IMG/VR virus record: IMGVR_UViG_3300034283_002790
Coordinates: 32,001-96,000 of that record
Reading direction: 5' to 3' (one strand)
Source of the DNA: a virus
Length of the DNA: 64,000 nt
The notes beneath the pieces are model-generated. The model saw only the letters and a program-made list of their open reading frames with translations, was not told where the DNA came from and searched no databases. Below are positions 20,108 through 30,007 of the stretch, in pieces; the stretch's first letter is position 1; the number at the start of each line of letters is the position of its first letter. Both the position numbers and the translations under genes were made by a program.

Positions 20108-21496
20108 TTAGTAATCGTTTTCTTCATCATCTTGACCATAACTATCATAAATTCTTACCGCTTCATCATAGAATTCTCTAAATTGTTTTTTTGCACGTTC
20201 ATTATCCGAAGGATTTTCAGACATAATATTATTTACAAGTTTGTGAAATGCCTCCACTTCCATACCATAAAACAATTTTTTGAAATCTATAACATATTTG
20301 AAACCTTGAGGTTCTCCTAGTTCTGTTGGTATTAAAACATTTAGTTTTTGTTGTAATTTCATCAACCTGAAATTCATGGGTTCATTTTGTAATGTATCAG
20401 TTTGCGAAATAATATCGGTCGCAGTTCCGGGATCCATATCTTTCCATTGACTTCTAGCGGGTAGCATTTCAAAAACCTTAAAAAGTTCATGTAATAAAAT
20501 TGGAAAAATTAATCCATTTGCTTCCCAGGTTTGGATACCCTCTCTAGAATCTTGTTCATCTTCATCTTCATCCTCATCATCAGAATCTGGTAAATTAATA
20601 TTATTTAATTTTTTCGCCGAACCAGAGGCATTTCCACCTAACATTTCTATTAAATCTTCATTCATAAAATACATTAAATCATTTGCCGACATAATTTTAT
20701 TATATAAACTAAAAAGTTCAGGATTAATTGCGTCTAATTGATTTTTGTAATAGAGATAGTAAAATTGACCTCTCTTTCCAGCAGCACCAATGAAAATATT
20801 AATTACATTCCTTTTATCAATTTCTAATTGTTTTTTTTCTTCTGGAGTTAACTCATCAATATCGAAAGAAAAATTTGGTGGTATAGGGAGTGGTGTATTT
20901 TCTTTTGGTGTCATTTGGAATTGTTCGGGTGAAATGGGTTGTTCAGAACCAAAATATGTTAAAAGATTAATATCAGGTAACAAATACAATTTTCCCCCCT
21001 CATAATCCATTTTTTCAATAGTTCCGTCTTCCAAACCTTGTTTGAGAGTGACTGGGTCATTCGCATAAAATATTACGTTACCATTTTCATCCTTGATGTC
21101 TTCTTGTCTAACCGGCATCCATCCTTGGAATGTAGAAGCAATCTCAACTGCCAAATCACGTAATTTTTCTTTATTTCCAGATTCGATTGATAAGACTCGT
21201 CTTAAAGCGGATTGAAAATCAGTCATGATTGCGGAAGTTAAAGTAGTCCCTCTGAAATCTCCTTGGATATTATAATATTCTTTTACTTTATCAACCACTT
21301 CTTTGAACCTTTCTGAAGCCAAGTTTTCAACATCTGAAATACCTCTTTTAAATGATTTGTTTTTAGCATATATTCCCTCTGGATCTTCAATTTTTTGTTG
21401 GGATCTTGGGTGTGGTCTTTCTTGATAGTCACCAAAATCCATCGGTGCCTCCAACATCACTTTTCTAATCGCTCTTCTAATTCTTGCGTTCATCAT
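20108..21496 (-). CDS. hypothetical late protein
   Basis: 462 aa; contains LLHE in a hydrophobic helix; leader IRRAIRKVMLE. Confidence 0.7.
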   Translation of the reverse strand: MMNARIRRAIRKVMLEAPMDFGDYQERPHPRSQQKIEDPEGIYAKNKSFKRGISDVENLASERFKEVVDKVKEYYNIQGDFRGTTLTSAIMTDFQSALRRVLSIESGNKEKLRDLAVEIASTFQGWMPVRQEDIKDENGNVIFYANDPVTLKQGLEDGTIEKMDYEGGKLYLLPDINLLTYFGSEQPISPEQFQMTPKENTPLPIPPNFSFDIDELTPEEKKQLEIDKRNVINIFIGAAGKRGQFYYLYYKNQLDAINPELFSLYNKIMSANDLMYFMNEDLIEMLGGNASGSAKKLNNINLPDSDDEDEDEDEQDSREGIQTWEANGLIFPILLHELFKVFEMLPARSQWKDMDPGTATDIISQTDTLQNEPMNFRLMKLQQKLNVLIPTELGEPQGFKYVIDFKKLFYGMEVEAFHKLVNNIMSENPSDNERAKKQFREFYDEAVRIYDSYGQDDEENDY

Positions 21497-22217
21497 AACC
21501 TAAATTTTTAAAAACATTATTTAATGCAAACATGAAATCATTTTTTTCAAGTCCAGAATCTGTTTCAGACATTTCTTTACCCATAGAAAAAACTTTTCCA
21601 ATTGGTTTTTTCATTTTCTGAGTTTTACCAATTTTATTCTGTATCGAAGACATAATTTCTTTTTTGGACATTTTAGGTGTAAGATAACTTTCAACCATTT
21701 CCACAATAGAATCTTCCAAAAATTTTTCAGTAACCTCATCTTTGTTCTGAGGCATTGTCTCATAATCTTTTTTAGTTGTTTTACTAGAAAATTCTTTTGC
21801 TAATGAACACCACTTACAGTTTTTATTTTTACACTTGTTACAACGTGCCCAAAATAAACCTTGTTGATCTTTAGATTGGAATTTTTCTGTTACCTCATTT
21901 TTATTTGAATCCATTGATAAAGCGACTGCTGTATTGGGATCTATCTTACCGGATGCCTCTAAACCCACGGCTAAGTCTTCCATACCATTTTCTTCCAAAT
22001 TCGTTTTGACATTACCGGCATCGTCCATAATCCCTTGATTTTTTGCAAAAGCAACATCTTTAGGATTTTTTGGGTCAATTTTTATTTCAACCTCGTTTCT
22101 TTCTTTTTTAGAATATTTTTCCGATAAAAGTTTTATTTGGTTCACATTTAACTTGGAAACAAAACTCAGAGGTAACCCACCCTCCAAAAGAATTTTTATA
22201 CTATTTTTAATGTTCAT
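21477..22217 (-). CDS. hypothetical late protein with small Cys cluster
   Basis: 246 aa; FQSKDQQGLFWARCNKCKNKNCKWC; multiple x-x-E sites. Confidence 0.7.
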   Translation of the reverse strand: MNIKNSIKILLEGGLPLSFVSKLNVNQIKLLSEKYSKKERNEVEIKIDPKNPKDVAFAKNQGIMDDAGNVKTNLEENGMEDLAVGLEASGKIDPNTAVALSMDSNKNEVTEKFQSKDQQGLFWARCNKCKNKNCKWCSLAKEFSSKTTKKDYETMPQNKDEVTEKFLEDSIVEMVESYLTPKMSKKEIMSSIQNKIGKTQKMKKPIGKVFSMGKEMSETDSGLEKNDFMFALNNVFKNLGYDERKN

Positions 22218-22614
22218 ATACTACTTTTTTTTCAAATTCTAAGACAATGTCTCTTTCATAAAGTTTATCTTTTATTTGTTGTTCTTCCTCGCCAAAGTGA
22301 AAAACTAGTCTTTTTGTTATCGAAAAATCAAGATTATCGTTTTCTTTTTCCCAACCCAATGCTAATACACCATCCATACAATCAACAACAGAAAAAACAT
22401 CAGAATCTTGAACTAAATCAAAGGATATACCCCCCTTATTTAGTACGCCCACTCTAGTAATGTATTCAATGTCAGGTGGATGTGGATATCCATTCGCTGG
22501 TCTAGATTCCCAATTTTCACCCCACACTTCTTTAGTTTCTGAAAATATAAATTCATAAATGTTGTCACCTTTAAAATTAGGACCAAGTCCATTTATGTAT
22601 ATTAAATAATTCAC
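22207..22614 (-). CDS. hypothetical protein
   Basis: 135-aa ORF overlapping both neighbours. Confidence 0.75.
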   Translation of the reverse strand: MNYLIYINGLGPNFKGDNIYEFIFSETKEVWGENWESRPANGYPHPPDIEYITRVGVLNKGGISFDLVQDSDVFSVVDCMDGVLALGWEKENDNLDFSITKRLVFHFGEEEQQIKDKLYERDIVLEFEKKVVYEH

Positions 22615-24122
22615 AAAATATTTCCTTTGGGGGTTATTTTAAATTCTCTGTTACTAGTTCTAAAAACTAAATTATTTTTGTTAGTTTTCCCCATGAATGT
22701 TGCGTGTGGGAATTTTTCCATCAATTTAATCGCATTTCTTTCTTGGGACACACTTTCAGATAATTGTTGAATTCTATTTTTTTGTTTATCTGTGTTATCA
22801 AAATATTTGGAAATTATTGAGTCAACTGTAGTTGATTCCATGAATCTATTTTTCTCGAATGTGCGATTCCTTTTTCTAGCCCCATGTTTAATGTGTTGTT
22901 TTTCACCAGTACCTTCACACCAATCACACATTGCATCTGTTTTTTCATCATGACCTGAACCATTACAATGATCACACACATCTACTTCAAAATCACCAAA
23001 TTCATCTAATTCACCCATTTTTTTCATCATCTCACCTTGGTGTTTCATAGACACTGACTTACCAATTGCACTACCCAAATTCATAGTTTCCATCATTTCA
23101 CCACCTGTGGGGGGAGTTGGTATTGGTGGTGTCACCGAACCATCGAGACCTAATTTTGACATGTCATAATCCATATCTTCTTCTGGTACTTTTCTTGAAT
23201 TTTCCGTATCTTCAATTCCTTCTTCACTAGAGAACTCGTCGTCAGAATCTGATTCTTCATCATTACCTTCTAATTTATTTAAGATATCATCAACATCATC
23301 ATCAGATAACTTAGTTAAATCCAAAGAAGATAATACTGAGTTAATAACCCACTTTACATTATCTGTCGTCATTGCTTCTTCATCCTCAGAAGAAAATTGT
23401 CTAATTTTCTGAGTCAATTTACCAACCATTTTTTGAATGGATTTATAAGTAACAACTTCTTCACCCTCGTTTGATCCCATCTCGGAACTATCCGGTTCTG
23501 GTGTTTCAAAATCAAAATCAGTTTCTTCGGTATCAGTTGTTTCTTCCGTACCTATTTCTGATCCTAAATCTGTTCCCATATCTGTTCCCATTTCAGGAGA
23601 TGGTGTTGTGTCCATCGCTGGTTCTGGTGCGGGTGCTGGAGGAGCAGGAACTGGAGGTGGAACTTGTGCTTGTGGTTGGGGTTTTGGTTTAGGAGTTGGT
23701 GCTCCTTGTTCACTCATTTCAGATTTTTTATATTTTAAAAAATATTTGTTTTTTTGACGTTCCTCAATTTCGTTTTCAAAAATGTTTGTACCGACAGTAT
23801 TTTCATTAACCATGTTTAACTCTTTGGCCATGAAATTTAATTTTTTAAGTGCGGTTGAGTAAGAACCAAAGTATTCCCTATTTTTCATTGGGGATATATA
23901 TTCACTATGCGATTCGTTTAATTTTCTTTTAATAACATAACCACCTTTTTCTTTTTCAATTTGGTATGTGTTTCCGTCCGCTAATTCTACAGAATAATTG
24001 ACAGAACTTGATTCATTTACATTTTGTGGAACGTTCTCATTGTATCGTGCAATTTGCATAATACGATTAATTTTTTCCATTCCTTGAAGTTTTTCACTTC
24101 CTACAGGTCTAAATCCTCCCAT
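22611..24122 (-). CDS. acidic Pro-rich late protein with a DnaJ-type CxxCxGxG zinc-finger pair
   Basis: CDHCNGSG...CDWCEGTG, Pro-rich linker, many [ILM]-x-E sites. Confidence 0.65.
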   Translation of the reverse strand: MGGFRPVGSEKLQGMEKINRIMQIARYNENVPQNVNESSSVNYSVELADGNTYQIEKEKGGYVIKRKLNESHSEYISPMKNREYFGSYSTALKKLNFMAKELNMVNENTVGTNIFENEIEERQKNKYFLKYKKSEMSEQGAPTPKPKPQPQAQVPPPVPAPPAPAPEPAMDTTPSPEMGTDMGTDLGSEIGTEETTDTEETDFDFETPEPDSSEMGSNEGEEVVTYKSIQKMVGKLTQKIRQFSSEDEEAMTTDNVKWVINSVLSSLDLTKLSDDDVDDILNKLEGNDEESDSDDEFSSEEGIEDTENSRKVPEEDMDYDMSKLGLDGSVTPPIPTPPTGGEMMETMNLGSAIGKSVSMKHQGEMMKKMGELDEFGDFEVDVCDHCNGSGHDEKTDAMCDWCEGTGEKQHIKHGARKRNRTFEKNRFMESTTVDSIISKYFDNTDKQKNRIQQLSESVSQERNAIKLMEKFPHATFMGKTNKNNLVFRTSNREFKITPKGNIL

Positions 24123-24199
24123 AATGTTTTTTTGTTTTTTAGATTAATTTTTTCTTTATAAATATAGCGATAAATATAATTATGTGGATATGTTAGATA

Positions 24200-24961
24200 T
24201 TATTGTTTCATGGACAATTTTTTATCTATCATTTTAGTTGGGTAATCATAGAGTTTTTCAATGTAACCGTTTCTCCTAAGAACTTTGAAAACTAAATTTT
24301 CTAAACTCATCTCCCCACCTTTTTCAAGACCACAGTTCCTGAACTTTTTTAATTTTTCTTTATATTTTTTAATCAAGTCCTTAATTTCCTCTGGGTCCTC
24401 ATCCTCAATATTATCCAAAACACCATCAATTATAGACATCCATTGTCTTGATTTTTCCTTCAAAAGTTCGAAATCAATTTGGTCAGAACTTTCTTTTTTT
24501 GGAACACTAATCCATTCGTCAAATAATATAGAATAAACCCCACTACTGAACGTTGTTTCTTTTTCGCTCTGAACAAAACATTCAACGTCATAACCAAAAA
24601 ATTTAATATTGTGTTTTTGATTGAAAATAACTTTTTTGAGATCAAAAAATTCCACGTAAAGTTCCTTTTGGTTTTCAGCAAATTGATCATAATCAACAAC
24701 CACATGAAGATCTATATCGGAATATTCGGACCAATTGTAATTTACTAAAGATCCGATAATAATTAAATCAGAAATTACAACGTCAACTCCCAAAAATGAA
24801 ATAAATTGATTTGAAATTTCTAATAATTTTTCTCTTACTTCGGGTCGTATTTTATAATTTTCCGCACTATCTGTTTTAGAACCTTTTTTATCGAGATACC
24901 AAACTTTGGAATTTAGGTCTTTTTTTGGTATAAAACTTTTAAGCAATTCTTTTTCCATCAA
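24200..24961 (-). CDS. Pol-beta-superfamily nucleotidyltransferase
   Basis: IIIGSLVNYNWSEYSDIDLHVV (hGS..DxD motif) plus a downstream ECF/VE-type third carboxylate region. Confidence 0.75.
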   Translation of the reverse strand: MMEKELLKSFIPKKDLNSKVWYLDKKGSKTDSAENYKIRPEVREKLLEISNQFISFLGVDVVISDLIIIGSLVNYNWSEYSDIDLHVVVDYDQFAENQKELYVEFFDLKKVIFNQKHNIKFFGYDVECFVQSEKETTFSSGVYSILFDEWISVPKKESSDQIDFELLKEKSRQWMSIIDGVLDNIEDEDPEEIKDLIKKYKEKLKKFRNCGLEKGGEMSLENLVFKVLRRNGYIEKLYDYPTKMIDKKLSMKQ

Positions 24962-24982
24962 TAATAAATACCAAAATATTCA

Positions 24983-25228
24983 TTAAGTTAATTTTTTGTA
25001 CTTAAAAGTTTTTGATATTTCCTTATTAAAAAAGTTTCCATGAGATTTTGCACTTCTAAATGAAGTATAAAGTTGGTGCGGTACTTCATCATATTCATAC
25101 CTTATCCCATTCTTAAATTCTACAACTAATTTTTTAGTGATTGTATCATATTCTGTTTTCACTAAATTTGAAGATTCAATTTCATTAATAATCTTCGTAC
25201 CCAAAATAATTTCTTTTAGTATTGCCAT
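24983..25228 (-). CDS. KTSC-domain protein
   Basis: SSNLVKTEYD...LVVEFKNG..YEY.EVP..LY..F..A.SHG.FFN is the KTSC signature. Start placed at MAILKE (25228). Confidence 0.8.
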   Translation of the reverse strand: MAILKEIILGTKIINEIESSNLVKTEYDTITKKLVVEFKNGIRYEYDEVPHQLYTSFRSAKSHGNFFNKEISKTFKYKKLT

Positions 25229-25306
25229 GTTTTTTATTTTAAAAATATGAACTTTAAAAAAAAAATCCACCCTATAGGTAGATTTAATAATTGGGATATA
25301 TATTTT

Positions 25307-25663
25307 TTATTTAAGTAAATTGATTACTTTTTTTTCTTTTTCTTTTTTAAAAGGAAAAAATATTTCTAAAATCCCATCTCGAAGATCTGCTTTAATTTTT
25401 TCCTGATCATATTTTTCCCCAATTGTATATTTTTTTGAAATTGTGGACTTTGAAACCGGGGATCCGGACTCAAAATTTAGTTCCCTTTCCCCCTTAATTA
25501 AAAGATGATTGTCCTTGACCTCAACACTAAGGTTATCTTTATTATATCCAGGAACTTCAATACTAAAATAACTCCCCGACTCCGAATGATGAAGTTCGGG
25601 TGTATTCAAGTTTTTTAAATTTTGACTCATTTGATAAAAGTCATCATAAAATAATTTAAACAT
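25307..25663 (-). CDS. small heat-shock protein (Hsp20/alpha-crystallin)
   Basis: IEVPGYNKDNLSVEV.D..L.IKGER and IKADLRDGILEI. Confidence 0.9.
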   Translation of the reverse strand: MFKLFYDDFYQMSQNLKNLNTPELHHSESGSYFSIEVPGYNKDNLSVEVKDNHLLIKGERELNFESGSPVSKSTISKKYTIGEKYDQEKIKADLRDGILEIFFPFKKEKEKKVINLLK

Positions 25664-25725
25664 TTTTTTTTATTTTTAGGTTTATTTTGTTATTTTTGTT
25701 CTCGAAAATTGTTCCATTGTGTGGA

Positions 25726-25775
25726 AAGTGTCATATTGACACTTATATTCTTATTTCAGTGACAAATTGACAAAT
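25726..25775. promoter_or_regulatory. putative operator in the hsp20/clpC divergent region
   Basis: Perfect inverted repeat AAGTGTCA-TAT-TGACACTT (25726-25744) and direct repeat TGACAAAT x2 (25760-25775). Confidence 0.5.
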
Positions 25776-25824
25776 ATGGACTTTATTAATATTTTAATTT
25801 ATATTTAAAAAAAAACAAAAAATT

Positions 25825-27879
25825 ATGATTGAGTTAGGTGATGAAAACGAGAAAAGAAATAAAAAAAGTGAATCAGGTACACCAGTACTAGATAATTTTA
25901 GTAAAGACCTGTTGAAGTTGGCAGAACAGGGTAAATTGGATCCTGTAATTGGAAGAAAGTCTGAGATTTTACGAATTGCACAAATTCTATCAAGAAGAAA
26001 GAAAAATAATCCAATTATTATCGGTGAACCTGGGTCGGGAAAAACAGCAATAGTTGAGGGTCTCGCGATGTTGATAAAAGAGGGTGAGTGTCCCAAAAAT
26101 CTTTTAGATAAAAGAATTCTTTCCTTGGATATTAATTCATTAGTTGCTGGTACCAAATATCGTGGTCAGTTTGAAGAAAGAATGAAAGTAATTATCGAGG
26201 AACTTAATCAAAATCCTGATATTATAATTTTTATTGATGAGATTCACACCATGGTTGGAGCCGGAAATAGTTCTGGTTCTTTGGATGCCTCCAACATCTT
26301 AAAACCGGCACTCTCAAGAGGTGAAATTCAGTGTATTGGTGCAACAACACTTGACGAATATAGAAAACATTTTGAAAAGGATGGTGCTTTAGACAGGAGA
26401 TTCCAAAAAATTATTGTAAGTCCATCCACTAAAGATGAAACATTTGAAATTTTGAAACAAAGTAAATTAAAATATGAAGATCATCATAAAGTCACATATG
26501 ATGATAATACTTTACGATTATTTGTTGAACTTGCGGATCGTTATATCACTGATCGAGAGTTTCCGGATAAAGCGTTCGATATCTTGGATGAGGTTGGTGC
26601 TAGAATGCAAATAGATATCAAACTTCCTGAGGTTATCGAAAATCTTAAACAAGAGGCATCCGACATCAAAAAACAAAAAATGGATGTCATCAAGAAACAA
26701 AATTACGAACAAGCGGCGGAGTTACGTGATAGAGAAAGACAAGTTTTAGGTTTGTTGGATGAAGAAAAAAAGAAATTCGAACAACAACTTAAAAATAGTA
26801 AAAGACCTATCGGAGAGGAATTAGTCTATGAAGTAGTCTCCAATATGACTAAAATTCCGGTTTCTAAAATTAACCTGGATGAGAAAAAATCTTTAGTTGA
26901 TCTTGATAAAAATTTAAATGGAAAAGTTATAGGTCAGGAAGATGCAGTAATTAAGATTACCAAATCCATCAGAAGAAATAGAATTGGTATAAAAGATCCA
27001 AATAAACCAATTGGTTCTTTTATATTTTTAGGATCCACCGGTGTAGGTAAGACATTTTTAGCAAAACAACTTGCCAAAGAAATATTTGGAAGTGAGGAAA
27101 ATCTAATAAGAGTTGATATGAGTGAATATCAAGAAAAACATACTATTTCAAAGTTGATAGGATCACCACCAGGATATGTAGGTCATGACGAAGGCGGACA
27201 GTTAACAGAACAAGTTAAAAATAAACCTTATTCAGTAATTTTGTTTGACGAAATAGAAAAGGCACATAAAGACATTTTCTCAACTTTGTTACAAATATTA
27301 GATGACGGACATGTAACCGATTCTTTGGGTAGGAAAATTAATTTCAAAAACACTATGATTATTATGACATCCAATATCGGTGTTAAAAAACTTCAAGATT
27401 TCGGAACGGGTGTTGGATTCAAAAGTTCGAATAGTGAGGCAGTGCAAGAAGAACATAGAAGAGATGTTCTTAAAAAAGAATTAAGTAAGTTCTTTGCCCC
27501 TGAATTTTTGAATAGAATTGATGACGTTGTTATTTTTAATTCGCTTAGAAAAGAACATATTGATGTTATTACTAAATTGGAGATCGATAAACTATTAGAA
27601 AGAGTGACTTCTAAAAATTACTTTTTCTCTTACGATCAAAATGTAATTGATTTAATATCTGAAGTGGGGTTTGATGAAACATTTGGTGCCAGACCCATCA
27701 AACGAGCAATTCAAGATAAAATTGAAGATTTGATTTCAGAAAAAATCCTCACGGATGAAATTGTGGAAAATCAAGAATATGTTTTAGTTGTGGAGGGTGA
27801 AAAAGAAAATAGAAAAATTTCAGTCTTAACTAAAGAGATTCCTAAAACAACCAAAAAGAGGACATCAAAAATTAAATAA
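25825..27879 (+). CDS. clpC: ClpC-like AAA+ unfoldase lacking the N-terminal Clp-repeat domain
   Basis: Two NBDs (GEPGSGKT, GSTGVGKT), pore loops KYRG and GYVG, UVR-like M-domain (YEQAAELRDRE) and ClpP-docking VGF loop. Starts about 20 aa before NBD1. Confidence 0.88.
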   Translation: MIELGDENEKRNKKSESGTPVLDNFSKDLLKLAEQGKLDPVIGRKSEILRIAQILSRRKKNNPIIIGEPGSGKTAIVEGLAMLIKEGECPKNLLDKRILSLDINSLVAGTKYRGQFEERMKVIIEELNQNPDIIIFIDEIHTMVGAGNSSGSLDASNILKPALSRGEIQCIGATTLDEYRKHFEKDGALDRRFQKIIVSPSTKDETFEILKQSKLKYEDHHKVTYDDNTLRLFVELADRYITDREFPDKAFDILDEVGARMQIDIKLPEVIENLKQEASDIKKQKMDVIKKQNYEQAAELRDRERQVLGLLDEEKKKFEQQLKNSKRPIGEELVYEVVSNMTKIPVSKINLDEKKSLVDLDKNLNGKVIGQEDAVIKITKSIRRNRIGIKDPNKPIGSFIFLGSTGVGKTFLAKQLAKEIFGSEENLIRVDMSEYQEKHTISKLIGSPPGYVGHDEGGQLTEQVKNKPYSVILFDEIEKAHKDIFSTLLQILDDGHVTDSLGRKINFKNTMIIMTSNIGVKKLQDFGTGVGFKSSNSEAVQEEHRRDVLKKELSKFFAPEFLNRIDDVVIFNSLRKEHIDVITKLEIDKLLERVTSKNYFFSYDQNVIDLISEVGFDETFGARPIKRAIQDKIEDLISEKILTDEIVENQEYVLVVEGEKENRKISVLTKEIPKTTKKRTSKIK

Positions 27880-27881
27880 AA

Positions 27882-28622
27882 CTATACGTCTTTTTGGGTC
27901 CAGGTTATTTTATTTTTTGTTTCTTTAGCCATTTGATTCATGTGATTTTTAAATGAATTGTAGAAACTTGTAGGTATTGTTAAACAAATCTTTTTCTTTT
28001 TAACTTTACCTTTTGGTACATTTCTAAATAAATCTCGTCTATCTACATTTGTATTATCCCCAGCGACACCTTGTATTTGGTAATTTGTGGTTTTTTCTCC
28101 AGTTATTGCTGCAGAAACGTATTGTTCTTTTACTGCTTCAGGACTATTCATTACTGTTGCTTTACCGACTTTAGTTGTCCCTGCGGTAATTACTACTCTA
28201 GGGTCTGTAATGTTTTGTTTGATATAAGTAATTAAATTATCCCGTCTTCTTGCCGCTAATGCATTATTATCATATCCAGATGTTGTCCCAACGGCTGATG
28301 CACCACCACCAACAGTAACATAAACTTTTCCTTTAGTCTCCTTTAAAAGATCCTTAATTGTTTGAATTATATCTTTGATTTTTGGATCGTTAGGATTTAT
28401 TGTATCAACACCATTAGCAAATGTAGTTGAACCATTCGAAACTATGTTGTAAGATACATTATATCCATTTGGATATCTTGCCTTTAATCTTTCGATACTA
28501 CTGAGTGCAGGACCACCGAGTGCCTCAGAAATAACAATATTACGTGTTGTACTAGATCCGTGAAGATTTAAAATTCTAAACTTTTCGTCTTCGGTAATAA
28601 ACGTTTTTTGACTCATGGACAT
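27882..28622 (-). CDS. late protein with possible OmpA-C-like peptidoglycan-binding domain
   Basis: YDNNALAARRRDNLITYIK resembles the OmpA-C N..LS..RA..V..YL helix; leader FITEDEKFRILNLH. Confidence 0.4.
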   Translation of the reverse strand: MSMSQKTFITEDEKFRILNLHGSSTTRNIVISEALGGPALSSIERLKARYPNGYNVSYNIVSNGSTTFANGVDTINPNDPKIKDIIQTIKDLLKETKGKVYVTVGGGASAVGTTSGYDNNALAARRRDNLITYIKQNITDPRVVITAGTTKVGKATVMNSPEAVKEQYVSAAITGEKTTNYQIQGVAGDNTNVDRRDLFRNVPKGKVKKKKICLTIPTSFYNSFKNHMNQMAKETKNKITWTQKDV

Positions 28623-28653
28623 TTTTATAATAAATATGTCCTTAAAAAAAAAA

Positions 28654-29439
28654 TTAATGTTTAGAACATCCTAACTCCTCAATTATTTTTTTTCCGATAG
28701 AAATTCCATTATAAGTGTCTTCTAACACAACGTATTCTTGTCTTGTGTGATACCGGTAGTATCCGATAGAAAGATTGAAACAGGATAATCCAAAGTTTTG
28801 ATTTAAAGGGAATATGTCAGTGTAAGGATGATATTGATATAGTGGATCACTAGGGAAATTTTCACAAATTAATCTATTCCCAACTTCAAAAAACTTACTT
28901 TCTCGATTAAACATTTTCTTTCCCATCAGGTATTCTGATATCATATTGTTTTCCGGTGCGTCAAATTGAATGCAGTACCCAACGTTTGAAAAAAATTCTG
29001 GGTCTGCCGCTTTAGAACCGTGACACCCGGTTTCTTCAGAAACAAAGAATGCCGATTTAACATTATCGAGTTCCAATAAAGAAACCATGCAGGCAAATAC
29101 ACCACATTTATTATCACCACCAATACCTGTGGGATCACCCTTGTCATTAAGAGCCCTCCAGGATTTTTTCAGTTCACCCTGGGCGTTGGGTAACATTTCC
29201 TCAATAATATTAATTGGTTCAATGTTATGTACTGTATCGGTGTGTGCGATCACACAAGGAAAAAAATCAACGTCCTGGGAGGTTTGCTTTGTTGCATAGA
29301 TGTTTTTCATCTTATCAACATAAAAAGGTATTTTATTTTCCTCTAACCAATCACAAATAAACTTAACAAGTAAATCTTCTTGATAAGTTTTTGAAGGTAC
29401 TGAAAGTACACTTTTTAAAAGTTCTAAATTATTCATCAT
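28654..29439 (-). CDS. M28/M20/M42-clan zinc peptidase
   Basis: AHTDTV, GIGGDNKCG, FVSEETGCHGS and YHTRQE metal-ligand pattern; TAAATTTG promoter at 29444-29451. Confidence 0.75.
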   Translation of the reverse strand: MMNNLELLKSVLSVPSKTYQEDLLVKFICDWLEENKIPFYVDKMKNIYATKQTSQDVDFFPCVIAHTDTVHNIEPINIIEEMLPNAQGELKKSWRALNDKGDPTGIGGDNKCGVFACMVSLLELDNVKSAFFVSEETGCHGSKAADPEFFSNVGYCIQFDAPENNMISEYLMGKKMFNRESKFFEVGNRLICENFPSDPLYQYHPYTDIFPLNQNFGLSCFNLSIGYYRYHTRQEYVVLEDTYNGISIGKKIIEELGCSKH

Positions 29440-29553
29440 GGTACAAATTTACAACGTTTTATTTTATCTACCAAAAAATTTGACTCATTAAAAAAGTTTT
29501 TTTATATTTATGTCTGTAAATAGTTCATTGAAAACACACCGTACAAAATATAT

Positions 29554-29972
29554 GGGCCTATATTGGATTTGACGGGCGTTGGTTGGATTAAAGGAGCATG
29601 TCGGGTCTGAATTAAACTCGTTAAAAACTGATTCGAACAACAACTGGCAATGTGCTAAACAAAATGGAAACTCTTGGTTTACTAAGAGGTTCTGAAGTTA
29701 CTGTAGCCTAATAGGTTTACGGAAACGGAGGGTCGATCAGACAGATACCTAGTAACAGAAGTCGTAGATGAGTTGGTTTTCACTCTAAAAGAAAACAACG
29801 GTCTCGTTCAGAGGGCTACCGTAACAAAAGTGAACTCGACACAGTTTTTGGTAACAATGTCAAAATAGGAACCAAATATTTTGGAAGATATGAAAAATCT
29901 TAACCTAAACATGTAGTTGTCTTTTTGACAAAACGAGCCGGACGAGGGAGTCGGAGCCCTCTAGGTCCACCA
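29554..29972 (+). ncRNA. ssrA: tmRNA
   Basis: 5' GGGCCTA pairs with 3' TAGGTCC-ACCA, with a G3-U wobble. 5' TATTGGATTTGAC, GCATGT/ACATGT helix, internal tag frame 29646-29714 ending TAA TAG. Confidence 0.92.
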
Positions 29973-29975
29973 ATT

Positions 29976-30007
29976 GATCCCATCATTTAATTATGGTGGG
30001 ATTTTTT
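29976..30007 (+). terminator. intrinsic terminator after tmRNA
   Basis: ATCCCATCAT-TTAATT-ATGGTGGGAT followed by a T-tract. Confidence 0.75.
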
